Source: Phaeosaccion multiseriatum
Taxonomy: Eukaryota > Protista > Ochrophyta, other classes
Length of the DNA stretch: 64,000 nucleotides
Assembly: GCA_965112735.1 (NCBI GenBank)
Contig: OZ218950.1
Coordinates: forward strand, 4,464,001-4,528,000
Direction: 5' to 3'
Part shown: one piece after another, positions 1 through 13,682 of the stretch
How positions within the stretch are numbered: the stretch's first letter is position 1
How the letters are laid out: every line of letters begins with the position of its first letter
Notes under the pieces: model-generated
Told to the model about the DNA's origin: nothing
Databases searched by the model: none
Seen by the model: the letters and a program-made list of their open reading frames with translations, nothing else
Program-made: the position numbers and the translations under genes

Positions 1-2
1 CT

Positions 3-1371
3 CTAGATGGAGGAGAAAACGCCCTTGACCTCCCGATCGACCTTGGGTGTCATGGTCAGCACTCGATCTGTCACGCGCTGCAGCAGCTTCGGGCACGGAA
101 CCTGTGGGACGCACCAGATACGGGGACCAAGGGTGGGCAAGGAGTGAGTTAGTGAGTGAGTGAGTGAGTGAGTGAGTGAGTGAGTGAGTGAGTGAGTGAG
201 TGAGTGAGTGATTGAGTGAGTGATTGCGCGAGTGAAGGTGAGTAAGGTGAGTCAGAAAGACAGGGAGGGAGGGAGAAGGAGGTGGATGAGAAGAGTGAGG
301 GGGGGCAAGAGTGTTCTCCTTCGACCCTGCCTACTTACCAGCTTGACAATGTCAAAGACGAATCCGCGCATGACCAGAGCCTTGGCGTCTTCTCTCTTCA
401 CTCCTCGGCTCTCGAGGTAGAACAAGCTCTCCTCGTCGAGGTCCGTCACAGTGGCTCCGTGGGCGCACTTGACGTCGCTATTGATAATCTCCAGAGAGGG
501 CATGCACGTGATTCGCGCCTTGCTGCTCAGTAACAGTGTCCGGCAGATCTGGTCGGAGTCGGTCTTGGCTCCCTCCTCATCCACTCGTATCCTTCCCTTG
601 AACACACACTCACTTCGATCAGTCACCACATTGCGCTGCACCTGGAAGCTGTTCGTATTGGTGGCGGTGTGTCCGATGGAGGTGTGGCAGTCAATGAGCT
701 GGCTCAAGTGAGTCAGAGCCAGCAGCTGAACACTGGAGCGGCTGCGCGTGCCGGGATGCTCCACCTGAAACGGTCATCGCCATTGGATGACATGACAAGA
801 CGCGCACCGAGACATTTACGCAGATGGACGCACACGCAGTTTGAAGAGGTGGTGGAGGAGGAGGAGGAGGAGGAGGAGGAGGAGGAGGAGGAGGAGGAGG
901 AGGAGGAGGAGGAGTGACACAAAGGAAGAACAGAGCAAGTCCGTCAGGCAAGGAAAGGCAAGGCACAGCCATGGCGCTCCAACCAACCCCGCAAGGGGGA
1001 GTCGGTCAGATCAGGCCACCCACCCACCCATCCCCCCACCCATCCTCTCTCCCCCATACACCCACGCACCCACCTGCAGATTGAGCCTACCCTGATTGGC
1101 TCCCATGCACACTCCGACAATGTCGTACACGCTGTCCTCTTCGCACGCTACGTGCATGGTGTCGAACATCTGCGCCTCAAGTGACGCCTCCTGCAAGTAG
1201 AAGTGGTTCAGGGTGGCGCCAGAGCCGAGGGTCGCCGAGCTCAGTCCGTTGGTGAAGTATTTGCCGAGGCCTGTGTGCCGGAGGGTTGGAGGGGAGGGGG
1301 AGGAGCGTGTACACACGCACAAGAGGAAAGGAGAGGAGGAGGAGGAGGAGGAGGAGGAGGAGGAGGCGGAG

Positions 1372-1445
<74 letters not shown>

Positions 1446-2293
1446 CAGTGAGAGAGAGCAAAACACACATGTCGGGACACAAACGATCAGAGAGGGACGA
1501 GAAGAATGTCCAGCCAGGCCATTCGGTGGCTTAGCAAGCCTCTGACTCATCGATCCATCTGGTGCCTTACCCGAGTAGGTCTGGAACACGGAAGCGGTGG
1601 AGTTCTGCCCCATGCTAATAACGAGGCGAGGGTTGCTGACCAGGGGCTGCTCCGCTCCTTCCGAGGACAAGAACATAAACTGCGTGCGAGAGCGGGGGGG
1701 GGGAGGGGGGGGAGGGAGGGAGAAGAGAGGGAGGGGGAGAAGGGAAATACGGAAGGGAGACAGAGAGGCGTCAGAAAAAAAGGAGAATAGGCAACGCGAC
1801 AGAGGGAGAGATGAGAGAAGCCCGCGCGCCCGCACACACACACACACACACACACACACTTTCACACACACTCACTCACACACACACACTCACTCACACA
1901 CACACACACTCACGCACACACACATACACAAAGACACATACACAAACCTGCACGGGCGTGTCAAGGGTGGCGAAGTCGTCCACCGAGAGCACGGCAACAT
2001 CCTCCATGCAGGCCTGATTCAGCGCCGCAAAGGGGAGCGAGCCCTGTACGGTGTTTTTGTCAAGACCATCCTCGCTTTCGGGGAGGTACTCCAGCTGAGC
2101 CTTCACGCTGCAGGCCGAAGAGGGCGGGGGCGAGGGTGTTTACTTCAGCTCATGTGAGAGACACGATGTGCAAGATCGGAGACAGATGGACGAATGACAG
2201 ATAGATACATAGATGCATAGATAGATGCATAGATAGATGGAGAGAGAGAGAGACAGAGAGAGAGAGATCGACAGACAGGCAGACAAGAAAGAC

Positions 2294-2333
<40 letters not shown>

Positions 2334-2407
2334 GCATAGATAGATAGATAGATCGATAGATAGATTGAGAGATACATAGACAGAGAGATAAATAATAGGG
2401 AGAGATC

Positions 2408-2455
<48 letters not shown>

Positions 2456-3827
2456 CTAACGATAGAGAAGAGAGAGAGATAGACAGACACCCACCTCTCC
2501 AGCTTGTCGCCACTGAGCCCGCGGATGCTTCCGAGGTAGGCGTCGGCCGGCAAGGCGCTCACATCACTGAGCTCCTCACTGAAGAGCCCGTCTACAAACA
2601 CCACTTGCTGTCCAGCACAGGCCTCCACCTTCATTGCGGCCATCTGTCGACGAGGTGAAAGGGCCATCCAAATCAATTAAATCAATGCATGCTTCGAGCG
2701 CACATCACGGGCAGAGGCAGGTAGTGACACCGGGTACTGCCATGCTGACTGACACCGGGTACTGCCACGCTGACTGACACCGGGTACTGCCATACTAACT
2801 GACACCGGGTACTGTCCTGCCGACTGACATCTGCTACTGACTGACCTGCTCCAGGAGGGTGGTGGGTGGCTTGGCGGAGCTCTTCTCCAGGCCAGGGGAC
2901 ACATACTCGGTGCGGAAGAGGGACTCCAAGTCGGCGTAGCGGAAGGGCTCCCACTTGCGGTGGGGCATGGGGGTGGACTCCAGCAGCTTCTTTCCGAGGT
3001 CGTTCAAATCCACCAGCATCTGTGAGTAGGTGGTGGGGGGGAGGGTGAGGGGGGGCGAGAGTTAAGGCGGGCCACGGACAGGCAAGAGGAAGGCCAGACG
3101 AAGGTAAGAGGGAGCAGTCTATCCACAGGCAGAGACCCACCGGAGAGAGGGGAGAGAGACTTGCGATGAGTAGAGTTTGGCGGAGGAAAACAGCACCGGG
3201 AAGGAGGGAGGGGGCGGGCGGGGGGGGCAAGGACCTTCAATCACCACGTTCGACGACGCGAAACCCTTACCCTTTTACTCTACCCACCTCAGTGTCGTGC
3301 CCCGCCTTAGTCATGCTTTCGAACCACTCCTTGGGGTCTGTCCTACCGGCGTACAGTTGGCGGGGGAGCACTGTACTCATAGACTGTAGGAGGAGGAGTG
3401 GAGAGGGAGGGGTGTTTGTAAAAGGGTTGGTGGTCGTGAGGGGTATTTTGTTGTGTCCTCGTGTGAGCAGCAAGCAAGCAGGTGTGAGCAGAGTGAAAAG
3501 ATCCGATCAGAACAGCCGCAAGCTACACCCAGCGAGGGATTGGTCGACACGTACGTCCTCATCTTTGGCCTGCTTTTTCTCCCTTTCAAGGCCGTCGGCC
3601 TCAGACGTACCTCCGCCACTTCCTCTCCTCTATCGTTCCCTTCCTTTGCCTCCATTGCATTTCTGACGTGGGCAGAGCTGCGCCGGGCACTCTGCCTGCC
3701 ACTGTTTCTACACCACCTGCTTTCCACGGGTAGGGAGAGTACCATTGAACAGACGAGACTTGTGTTAAGGAAAGAGAGTTTGGGCAAAAGAGCAAAAAGC
3801 AGACCACTAATGGGATGCAAGAACCTA

Positions 3828-3869
<42 letters not shown>

Positions 3870-4029
3870 ATGGTTCTATTCACCTGGAGGAGCCTCTGCT
3901 ACCAAGAGTGCTGGCCGACCCAGACGGCGCTACTGCCATCGAGGTGAAGGCCGTCACTGTGGACCGACAAGACTGGGTCAAACCCACCGCCACGCATAGC
4001 GCTGCCGACGTCCACGTCGCGCGAGCCAT
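3..4029 (-). CDS. sufD: Plastid-targeted Fe-S cluster assembly protein SufD (multi-exon)
   Basis: Spliced exons give P-x-x-K-WEPFRYADL, QQVVFVDGLFSEELSD, PFAALNQAC, CVFKGRIRV...AKTDSDQICRTLLLSSKARITCMPSLEIINSDVKCAHGATVTDLDEESLFYLESRG (SufBD C-terminus). First exon 4029-3884 encodes MARATWTSAALCVAVGLTQSCRSTVTA|F (signal peptide + Phe). Last exon ends ...KGVFSSI with TAG at 5-3. Not all internal exon boundaries were resolved. Confidence 0.9.
2725..2829. repeat. 25-bp minisatellite, about 4 copies, inside a SufD intron
   Basis: Unit tgacaccgggtactgcca(t/c)gctgac recurs at 2725, 2750, 2775 and 2800 with a few substitutions. Confidence 0.9.
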
Positions 4030-4732
4030 CGTGAGTGTCAGCCTTGCAGGACGTGGAGATCAAAATCCCTCTCCACAGGGCCTTCTTCGTGGCAGCCCCT
4101 CAACCCCTCTCCCCCTCCCCTCCGTTTGGCTCCTGTTGATGCTACTACTCCTGCTGCTGCTGAGGCTGCTGCTTCTTCTACCTTATCACGGGGAACTGCA
4201 GTAGGCAACGACAAGAGCGAGAAGGGGCAGAGACGACAGTAAGCAACAGCGAAGGGCAAGAAGGAGAAAGACTCGTCCCACCAGTCGTCACAGGGGCCTA
4301 AAGCTTGAGAGAGACAGCCCTCTCCGGCCTGGTTCTAGCATGACAAAGCTCTGAGCCCACAGAGTGACTCAGATACTCCTCCATGGCCCACTATACCCTC
4401 TCCTGGGCTGTGATTCCCCCTGGCTCTGTGCCACTGCTATTAGCCGCACGCAAGTCTCTTGCGCCAAATCCATGCCACCATTCACACGCTGTCTCCCCCT
4501 TCTCAGAGAAGCATGGGGGGGAAATCCACTTCACCGACCTCTCTTTTCCTCCGAAGCGCAGCAGGAAATTTGGTGCCGGCAAGAAACAAAAGCCTCTGTG
4601 TTCATGAGGCAAGACGAGGAGGGACCCCCGGGGAGTCTGTGAGTCTGGATTGCCAATTGCGCTAGCTGCTGACCACAGACGGGACCAGCACTCTCTATTT
4701 TTAGAGAGTGCCGTGAGTTGGAAGGAAGAAGG

Positions 4733-7534
4733 ATGCCCAGCAGCCGCGCGTCCCTGTGCGTGGTCGCTGTTGTGGTACTTTGCGGGCTGCAGCAGCAGGC
4801 CGTGCAGGGCTTTGTCGGCGCCCCCGTCGCTTCCTCGTCAGCTTCGTCAGTCACAGCGAAGGCGCAAGGTATGTTGAGCATGAGGAGGCTTGCGTCGGCG
4901 CCAGCGTCGGCGCTGCTGCTCTCCAGGACCGGAAGGAGGGGCAACCGCAGTCGTGGGATGATGAGCATGAACAGTGCGGCAGCAGCGTCCACTACAACTG
5001 AGGCGGCAGCAGTGGCAAGTACTGAGCAAACTCCACCCGTGTCAGCGCGCAGCTACGATTTTGCCGCTGTGGAGGCGAAGTGGCAAGCATATTGGGAGGA
5101 GAATAAGACCTTCAAGACGCCAGACAGGAAGCCTGACAGCGAGAAGGGCAAAAAATACGTGCTGGACATGTTTCCCTATCCGTCCGGGTCAGGCCTGCAC
5201 GTCGGCCATCCGGAGGGCTATACCGCCAGCGACGTCATGTCTCGTTACTGGCGCATGTGCGGCTTTGATGTCCTGCATCCAATGGGGTGGGACTCATTCG
5301 GCCTGCCCGCAGAGCAGCACGCCATTCAGACGGGAACACACCCCAGAGACACCACCTACACCAACATTGCCACCTTCAAACGCCAGCTCAAGAGCCTTGG
5401 CTTCAGCTACGACTGGGAGAGGGAAGTGGCCACCACAGATGTCGAGTACGTCAAGTGGACGCAGTGGATCTTTCTGCAGCTCTTCAAAAAGGGTCTGGCG
5501 CAGCAGAGTGAGGCCTTGGTGAACTGGTGCCCTGAGCTCGGCACGGTGCTAGCCAACGAGGAGATCATCGATGGGCTGTCGGAGCGAGGGGATCACCCGG
5601 TAGTGAGAACACCCCTGCGGCAGTGGACGCTGATGATTACCAAGTACGCCGATAAGCTTGTCGAGGGGCTTGAGGTAAGGGCAGAAGGCAGGGAATGATG
5701 AGCGATCATCACCTCCTCTTGAGGCACAGCATTGATCGTGCCGTTACGTACTGCAAGAGCCTCTCCCACCCTCTCCTTTCATGCCCTCTGTTACACTCGC
5801 GCACTCTCACTCACTCACTCACTCACTCACTCACTGATTATCCTCCCGTCCTCCCCTCCCCTCCCCTACTCTCTTGTGTGAAAGGCTCTCGACTGGCCTG
5901 AGGGCACTTTGTCTGCTCAAAAGCAGTGGATAGGGCGCAGCGAAGGAGCCACCATAGACTTTGCCATCCACGCAGAAGGAGCAGCAGAGAAGAAGGAAGG
6001 CGGCACAGACACAGACACTGACTCTACTACAGAAGTCATGTCAGTGTTCACCACCCGTGCCGACACACTCATGGGAGTAACGTATGTGACTTTAGCCCCG
6101 GAGCATCCCTTGGTTGCCAAGATCACCACCGAGGCGCAGAGAGAGGAGGTGGAGGCGTACGTGAAGGCGACTGCTAGCAAGAGCGACCTTGACCGGACCT
6201 CCACAGGTAGGGGAAATTTATTGACTTACAGGAATCAACCTAAGAATTACGTATGTGTGTAGATGGGTGGGTGGTGGGGGGATTTCTTTTACTTGTAGGA
6301 ATCAACATAGAATTATGTATGTGTTTGTGGCTGGTAGGGGGGTAGGGGTGGTAGGCGGCGAATGAATTCAAAGCCAACAGCAGCCGTATGAAGTGTACGG
6401 TCTCCATGGGAGAGAGAGGGGCTTTGTTGTGTCTCTAATTGGTTTTTTTTGTTGACTTCTTCATTTCTATAACTTGACTCCTTCGAACGATGCGGTCTGT
6501 CATCTCTGCTCTCTATCACCCTAACCCTCTGTCTCTGTGTATGTATGTATGTATGTATGTATGTATGTGTGTGTGAACGTGAACATGAACATGAACATGT
6601 GGCCCTCACTCACCCCCTAGGCAAAGACAAGGGAAAGACGGGCGTACACACCGGCGCCTATGCCACTCACCCCCTCACCGCCGAAAAGGTTCCAATTTGG
6701 ATCGCCGACTACGTGCTTGGAAGCTACGGAACAGGAGCGGTCATGGCCGTGCCAGCACATGACGAGAGGGACTTTGCTTTCGCCAAGGCATTCAGCCTTC
6801 CCATTAAGCGAGTCGTCGCAGAGACTGGGGCAAAGATAGGGGCGGAGGAGGAGATGGAGGAGGCGTTCACGGGACACGGCGTGACGGTAAACAGTGGCGA
6901 GGGCTTAGACGGGCTCTCTACGGACGAGTGCAAGGCGGCAATCGTGGCACGCTTGGAGGAGGGCAAGCAGGGAAGGGGTGAGATCAACTACAGACTCCGG
7001 GACTGGATTTTCAGCCGGCAGAGGTATTGGGGTGAGCCCATTCCCATCTACTTCCCCGTGACGATGAAGGAGGGGCAGGACGACTCGGCTGACCCCAGAA
7101 AGGGGGCGGAGCACGAGATTGACTACGACCATCCTATCGCCGTGGAGGAGTCCGAACTGCCTCTTACTCTGCCGGATATGGACAGCTTCGAGCCCGGGGA
7201 CGATCCGGCCGGCTGCCTGGCCAGAGCCACTGATTGGCGTTACTTCCAGAAGGACGGCAAGTGGTTCGCGAGAGAGACCAACACCATGCCCCAGTGGGCA
7301 GGCTCTTGCTGGTACTTTAATAGGTGGGTGGAGGGTGGAGAGTGGCCGAGAGAGGGTGGCAGGGAGGGAGGGAGGGAGGGAGGGGAGGGAGGGAGGGAGG
7401 TGTGTGTGCGTTTTTTTTCTTCCTTCATGCCATGGCAGTGCGAGGAGGTGTGAATAGTCTCATTGGGGCTTGGCTTCAACACATAATTGTATTTGAGCAG
7501 CGGAGACCAACCCGTCCTTCTCTGTCCCGCACTT

Positions 7535-7577
<43 letters not shown>

Positions 7578-8822
7578 CTCTGATAGATTCACCGACCCCC
7601 GCAATAAAGAGGCGGCTTGGTCTCCGGAGGCGGACAAGGCATGGATGCCGGTGGACCTCTATGTGGGAGGGCAGGAGCATGCCGTGCTGCATCTGTTGTA
7701 CGCACGCTTCTGGCACAAGGTCAGAGAGGGAAGGAGGGAGGGCGGGCGGGAGGGAGGGAGGGACAGAGGGGGGTAGGGAGGGCGGAGGTAGGGAGGGAGG
7801 GAGGGAGGGGAGGGAGGAGGGATGGCGGGAGGGAGGGAGGGAGGGAGGGAGGGAGGGAGGGAGGGAGAGAGGGAGGGAGAGAGGGGGGGTGGGAGGGGGA
7901 GGGGGGGAGCCTGTTTCTTTAGTGTGTGGCTCCGGGGTCTGGTCGAGCAGGACCTTGACAAGGAGGAGAGGTGGAGGGTTTATCTGCTGTGAGTTTTTTG
8001 CTGATCCAAACCGGGGGAACCAGAATACGCGCACGTGCACAGAACGCACGCACATACACAGAACGCACGCACATACACACACGTGTATGTGTGTACATGC
8101 GTATGCTATGTAACAACAACAACACCACTAACCAACAAACAACAACAAACAAACAACCAACCAACAGGTGATGTTCGACCTCGGCTACTCGGAGTCCTCC
8201 GAGCCCTTCCAGAAGCTTGTGCACCAGGGCATGATTTTGGGCTCCGACGGGGAGAAGATGAGTAAGTCAAGGGGGAACGTCGTCAACCCCGACGACATAG
8301 TGCTTGAGTCAGGGGCAGACGCCCTTCGCCTGTATGAGATGTTCATGGGCCCCTTGGAGGCCGTCAAACCGTGGCAGACAAGCCAAGTGGCCGGCGTGGT
8401 GCGCTTCCGCGACAAGCTTTTCGGGGTGGTTTCAAAGTACCTAGCGTCAATCTCCTCTACAACTGAGGAGGCTGAGGCGGGGGCTGAGAAGGAGGCTACA
8501 GCTGAGGGTACTGAAGTGACTCCTCCTGAGGGCAAGGCAGAGAAAGGTGGGGGTGGTGGTTCTCCGATGGACGACAAGACGTTGGTGTTGATGCACAAGA
8601 CGATGAAGAAGGTGACGTCCGACGTGGACAACATGGCCTTCAACACCGCCATCTCTGCCCTCATGGTGTTTGTCAACCACCTGCAAGGCCTGGACAAAGG
8701 CAAGGGGGGGGCGGGCATCCCCAAGGAGGCGGTACACAATTTGGTGCTCATGGTGTCGCCATTTGCGCCTCACTTGGCGGAGGAGTGTTGGCAGCGGCTG
8801 GGACATACCGAAAGGTCAGAGA

Positions 8823-8874
<52 letters not shown>

Positions 8875-9512
8875 GAAGCATTCGAAGGGATGGATGGGAT
8901 GGGGAAGGAGAAAGGAGAAGAATTTGGGGAATGGGGGGGGTCCGTCCGATCCAATGTCCAATGGGGCAGTACACACACACAGCACGCACGCACGCACGCG
9001 CTCACTTTCACCATGCTTGCCCTGTGACTGCCATCCACTTGTTGACTGCTCTTATTTTCTTCCTCTTGCATGTACTTCCTTCAGTCTTGCCTACGAGCCC
9101 TGGGTGCAGTTCGACGAGGCGCTGTGTGTGGAGAACACGGTGACGATGGGGGTGCAAGTCAATGGCAAGGTGCGAGGCAGCCTCGAGCTCGCCAAGGACT
9201 GCAGCACAGAGGACGCCAGGGAGCAGGCCTTCGCGCTAGAGAAGGTGGGTCGCTACACGCACGCCCGCGGACACAAATCATAGGCATACACAGATATGCG
9301 CACACACGCACAAACACACACCCCGCCAGGTTGCTCCGCTCCCTCTGTCTCTATCTCTGACTCTCTCTCTCTCTCTGTCCCCCCCCTTCTCTGTGTTTCC
9401 CTCTCGCTCTTCCTCTCTTTCTCTCAAGGTGGGCAAGTTCGTGGAGGGTAAGGAGGTGAAGAAGTTCATTTACGTGCCAGGGCGCATCATTAACATCGTG
9501 GTGGGCAAATGA
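4733..9512 (+). CDS. leuS: Organellar (bacterial-type) leucyl-tRNA synthetase, multi-exon
   Basis: [19 protein letters not shown] (HIGH motif), [13 protein letters not shown], editing domain [11 protein letters not shown] and [66 protein letters not shown], end [18 protein letters not shown]-terminal signal peptide followed by AVQG|F. Confidence 0.96.
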
Positions 9513-10216
9513 TGAGGGTGGAGACCAGAGAGAGCAGGAGAGAGAGAGAGAATAGAGGGAGCAAAGAGAGAACAGAGAAGAGAGCAGAACATACTCGAGG
9601 AGAGCGAGAGAGGGGGGTGTGCAGGAAGAAGGTCCGTGTTTTGCTTGCGTGAGGTCTTTCGGTCTTCTGTCCTCCTCTTGTCGTCGTCGCTTTGCCTGCC
9701 TCTCTCGCGTGTCTTGTATAGATTGGATAGTATCGCCATAGACAGGAAACATTGATAATAGAGACTTGAGTGAAATGAGCAACTGAGCAGCCAACATCCA
9801 ACAGCCACAGTTGGACGAGAAGAAACACGGGTCTCTCTCTTATGTATGCATGCGTGTGTGTAGTGATGGCGCCCGCTGAGGGGGCCTAGCGCAGACGCGG
9901 GCCATTCAAACCACACCTCCACGTATGTGCCACTCATGGGAAATCAGCAGTCCGGAAAACCGCTCGCATGGGATCCCACTCCATCACAGACTCCCTGACA
10001 CCACTCCGTCGCACAAAGTGTCGCAAAGTGTCAGTTTCAGTCATTTGCCTTTGGTGAAATCGAACGTATCGATATATAATGTCGATAGGTTCAAAGAGTC
10101 GGAAAAAAGTACGTAAGATCAGACAGCTCCGTCGTCGTCTCGTCTCGACTCGCCTCTCTCTCTCTCTCTCTCTCTGCCCTCTACTCTCTGCTTTCCGCCC
10201 TCGGTCCCTTTCTGTC

Positions 10217-13200
10217 CTACGCAGACATCATCTCCAGGAGGGACAAAGGCCCCTTGTCCGCCGCTGTGACCTGCCGGTACTGCCTCGCCCGCTCCACCGC
10301 CGATCTCAGCTGCACCTGCCCCACGTTACTCCGCCCCGTGCGTACAGAGAGCAGCGCCGCCTCATTGACCACGTTTTCAAGCTCTGCGCCCGAAAAGCCA
10401 TCTGTGAGTGTTGAGATGTCGTCCCAGTCTACGCTTGAAGACATGCTCACTTTTCTCGCATGCACCTTATGAAGTGGGGCGCGGGGCGAAGGATGAGATT
10501 TACACACAAGAGGGCGGCGGGGACAACGGCGTGGGTCAGAGCTAAGGGAACTACAGAAGGGAAGGATACAACACACACACATGCATATATGTATCTCCAC
10601 CGGTCATCCCTCCCTCCCTCCCTCCCTCCCCTATGCAGACGCGTGCCTTCACTTCACAATCCACTCCGACTGGAGCATGTGCACTGCGTGAGAGGCTACA
10701 GAACAAGCATGGCCAACCAAACTGGAGGCCAAGACGCAGAAAGAACGCAGGGGCATATCGGTCACAGTTTTCCACCAACCAACCGAACTCTCTCTCTGCC
10801 CTGTACCACCAACTGCCATGCCCGGCCCTGCCCTGTTTCTCTTCTTGTCTCTACCCTGGCCCACCTTTTCTCTTACCTTCAGGATTCCCTCCCTCCCCTC
10901 CTGGTCGGGCAAGCCGATGTCAATAACTCTATCGAACCTTCCAGGCCTGAGGAGGGCACGATCAAGCACGGAGGGCCTTCGCAGCAACGGATGGCAACAG
11001 ATGGCAATCAGGTTTCAGTTTCAGTCCAGTGATGCGCAGGGAGGGAGGGAGGGAGGGAGGGAGGGAGGGAGGGCGCGGGGGGCGGGGGGACAAGGGGCAA
11101 GCGGCAGCAGTTGGTGATACAGCAGCAGGAGGAGAAGGTGCAGGCAAGCGCAAGAGAGAAACTGATACCCCCTTTTCTCTCTGTCCATCTATCTATCTAT
11201 ACCTGTTTGTGGCAGCGATGACGACGACGTTGGAGGCCTTCTCGAAGCCGTCCATCTCCGTGAGCAGCTGATTAAGCGTCTGCTCCCGCTCGTCATTGGA
11301 GTTGATGCCTCCTCGCTCCTGTGGAAAGGAGGCAAGGGTGAGTGGGAGGCGTGATGGGCGCACGAGAAAGGTGGGGAAGGGAAGCACGACTCACTCACTC
11401 ATTCACGCATGCACGCAAAACTCATTCACTCCAGTCACTTCGCAGTCACTCGGTTGTCACATCAGTCCCTGACACAGTCATTCGGTAGAAGCTCAGTCCC
11501 ACATACCTTTGCCAACGCATCCAGCTCGTCGATGAAGATGATTGAAGGGGCCAAGTCAGCCCCTCTTTTGAACAGCTCTCTCACTCTCGACGCCCTGAAG
11601 GGATGAATGGAGGGAGGGAGGGAGGGAGGGAGGGATGGGGGGAAGGGAGGGAGGGAGGGAGGGAGGGAGGGAGGGAGGGAGGGAGGGAGGGAGAGAGGGA
11701 GGGTGTTCTCTCAATCACTCACTCAACCCACTCTCTCACTCACCATCCATCCACTCCCTCACCCACTTCTTCATCCACTCACCCACCCACCCACCCACCC
11801 ACCCACCCACTCCCTCACGCCCTGACTCACCCCCTCCCCACGAGCATCTCGACAAAATCGCTAGCAGAGCACGAGATGAAGGGAACTCCCGACTCGCTGG
11901 CCACAGCTCGAGCAAGAAGCGTCTTGCCGCAGCCTATTGGCCAGAGCGAAAAGAAAGGGAAAAGGACGTGTGCACGGGTGAGGGACAGGAGCAGGCACAG
12001 ACAAGAAAGGGTCTTGACATAGCCATACAAAAGGGCGGAAAGGATGGAGGTGTAAGAGCAGGGCACACAGGCATAGAGTGATACAGAGGTGTGAAGAACG
12101 GGCCTATCGCGGATCTGGGAGCGGCGTGCATGCATCTCTGAGTGCCTCATGAGGGGTCGATCAAGTGACTGTCCCACTGACCGACCCATTGACCGACCAA
12201 CCGACCGACCGAACCAACAACCCACCCGGCTGTCCGGAGAGCAATACGCCCTTGGGCATGCGGGCACCCATGGTCTCGTATCTGGCGGAGGGGGAGGAGG
12301 AGGGGAAGAAGGAGGAGAGAGGACCATGGTGAGGGGAGGAAAGGCCGCCGCTCTGCCGTCCACTGTCACCGTCAAGCTCCGCACAATTGATTGATGGATG
12401 CGATGGAAAGCGGAAGGGAAAGTCTTTGCTCTGTATCTCCCTCTCTTGGGTACCCAACGAACACAGGTTTCCGAGTACAGCTTTTCCTGTCCCCGCCCAC
12501 CTCGAGCTATCCTTCAGAAAGTCGACAATTTCCTTGAGTTCGGCCTGCAATGACGTACGAAATCGACAGAAGTACAGAAGGATAGAGGGGCAGATGCATG
12601 AGGTATGACGTCGCATACACCGTCCCGAGGAGCCAAGAGAGAGACGGGGATGCAGGGGGGAAGGCCAGCAGTGGGTTTCGCGTCCCAAGGCTTTTGTCAA
12701 GCTGCCAAGGGGAATACAACGCACCCCCCCACACCATGCCCCTCCGCACTACACCATTAAACCACACCACACACCCCACCACCACCGCCACCACCACTAC
12801 ACTCAAGCACATCTCTACCACACCGCACCGAATCACAACACACCACACCACACCACACCACATCACCACTTCAACGCCACAACAACACCCCTCCAGCACC
12901 CCGCACCCTACCTTGGCGTGGTCCACTCCGGCGACGTCGCTGAAGCTGCAAGAGTGCAGGGTGAGGCGCGCCCTGTCCATCTCCTTGCCCACTCCATCTT
13001 CGTCGTCCAGCCCACCCCTCTGCATCTTCTTGACCATCCGTACAAGGAAGAGGAGGTAAAGGATGGGTGCAACGCTCATGACTCCTGTCCAAACGTGCCG
13101 TGTCCAGTGGGGCTTCCTGGCACCAAATTGCTGCATTGCATTCACCGACGAGGAGGAGGGAGGAGCAGAACATTAGTATGTGGAGTGGCCGGGGGGTATA

Positions 13201-13682
13201 GTTTCTTATAGGATTAAAGCCAATACAGGCGCAAAAGGCCACTTTGACCTTCTAGAATTGCAACTCACCACCCCGTGCTTGACGAGCATCTCCGTCAGTG
13301 CCTGGCTGTCGAAGAGGGGCACTAACTGAGTCCGGTAGGCCAGGCTCCCCGCATTCTGTACAGTCAGCCGTTCACGAAAGTAACAAGTTGGTCAGAAAGA
13401 CTGAATGTATGTAAGTCAGAAAGAGACAGGGGTGGTGGTGGGGGGGTGATTTCTGACCTTTGCGCCGGCCGTGGCTGCCGATGCCGCCTCCGTGAGAGTG
13501 ACCTCCAGGTGATCCAGGCCCATGATGACCGCAGCGAGTCGGCCCGCCTCGGCATCACTCAGAAACTTGCTGAAGGGCACCTCAGTCACACTTTTGATGC
13601 TCTTACGGAGCAGAGTGTAGATTGCAGCAGTGGGGAGGCCGATGGCGCCCAGCGCCTTCAAAGCCTTGACATAGTCCCTCAT
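10217..13682 (-). CDS. FtsH-family membrane AAA ATPase lacking the M41 protease domain (FtsHi3-like architecture); 5' end uncertain, possibly extending to about 14.5 kb
   Basis: Two hydrophobic segments flank a VPFSKFL domain, followed by [37 protein letters not shown] (Walker A), IIFIDELDA (Walker B), [39 protein letters not shown] and [18 protein letters not shown]. Stop at 10217 with no HExxH motif. Confidence 0.85.

Noticed and set aside
669-2513. Many ORFs of poly-E/R/S, SLSL, THTH and SIYL type here and throughout the window
   Set aside because: These are translations of intronic microsatellites or antisense shadows of real exons.
2725-2829. Possible CRISPR-like array
   Set aside because: Contiguous 25-bp tandem units with no unique spacers, inside a spliceosomal intron.
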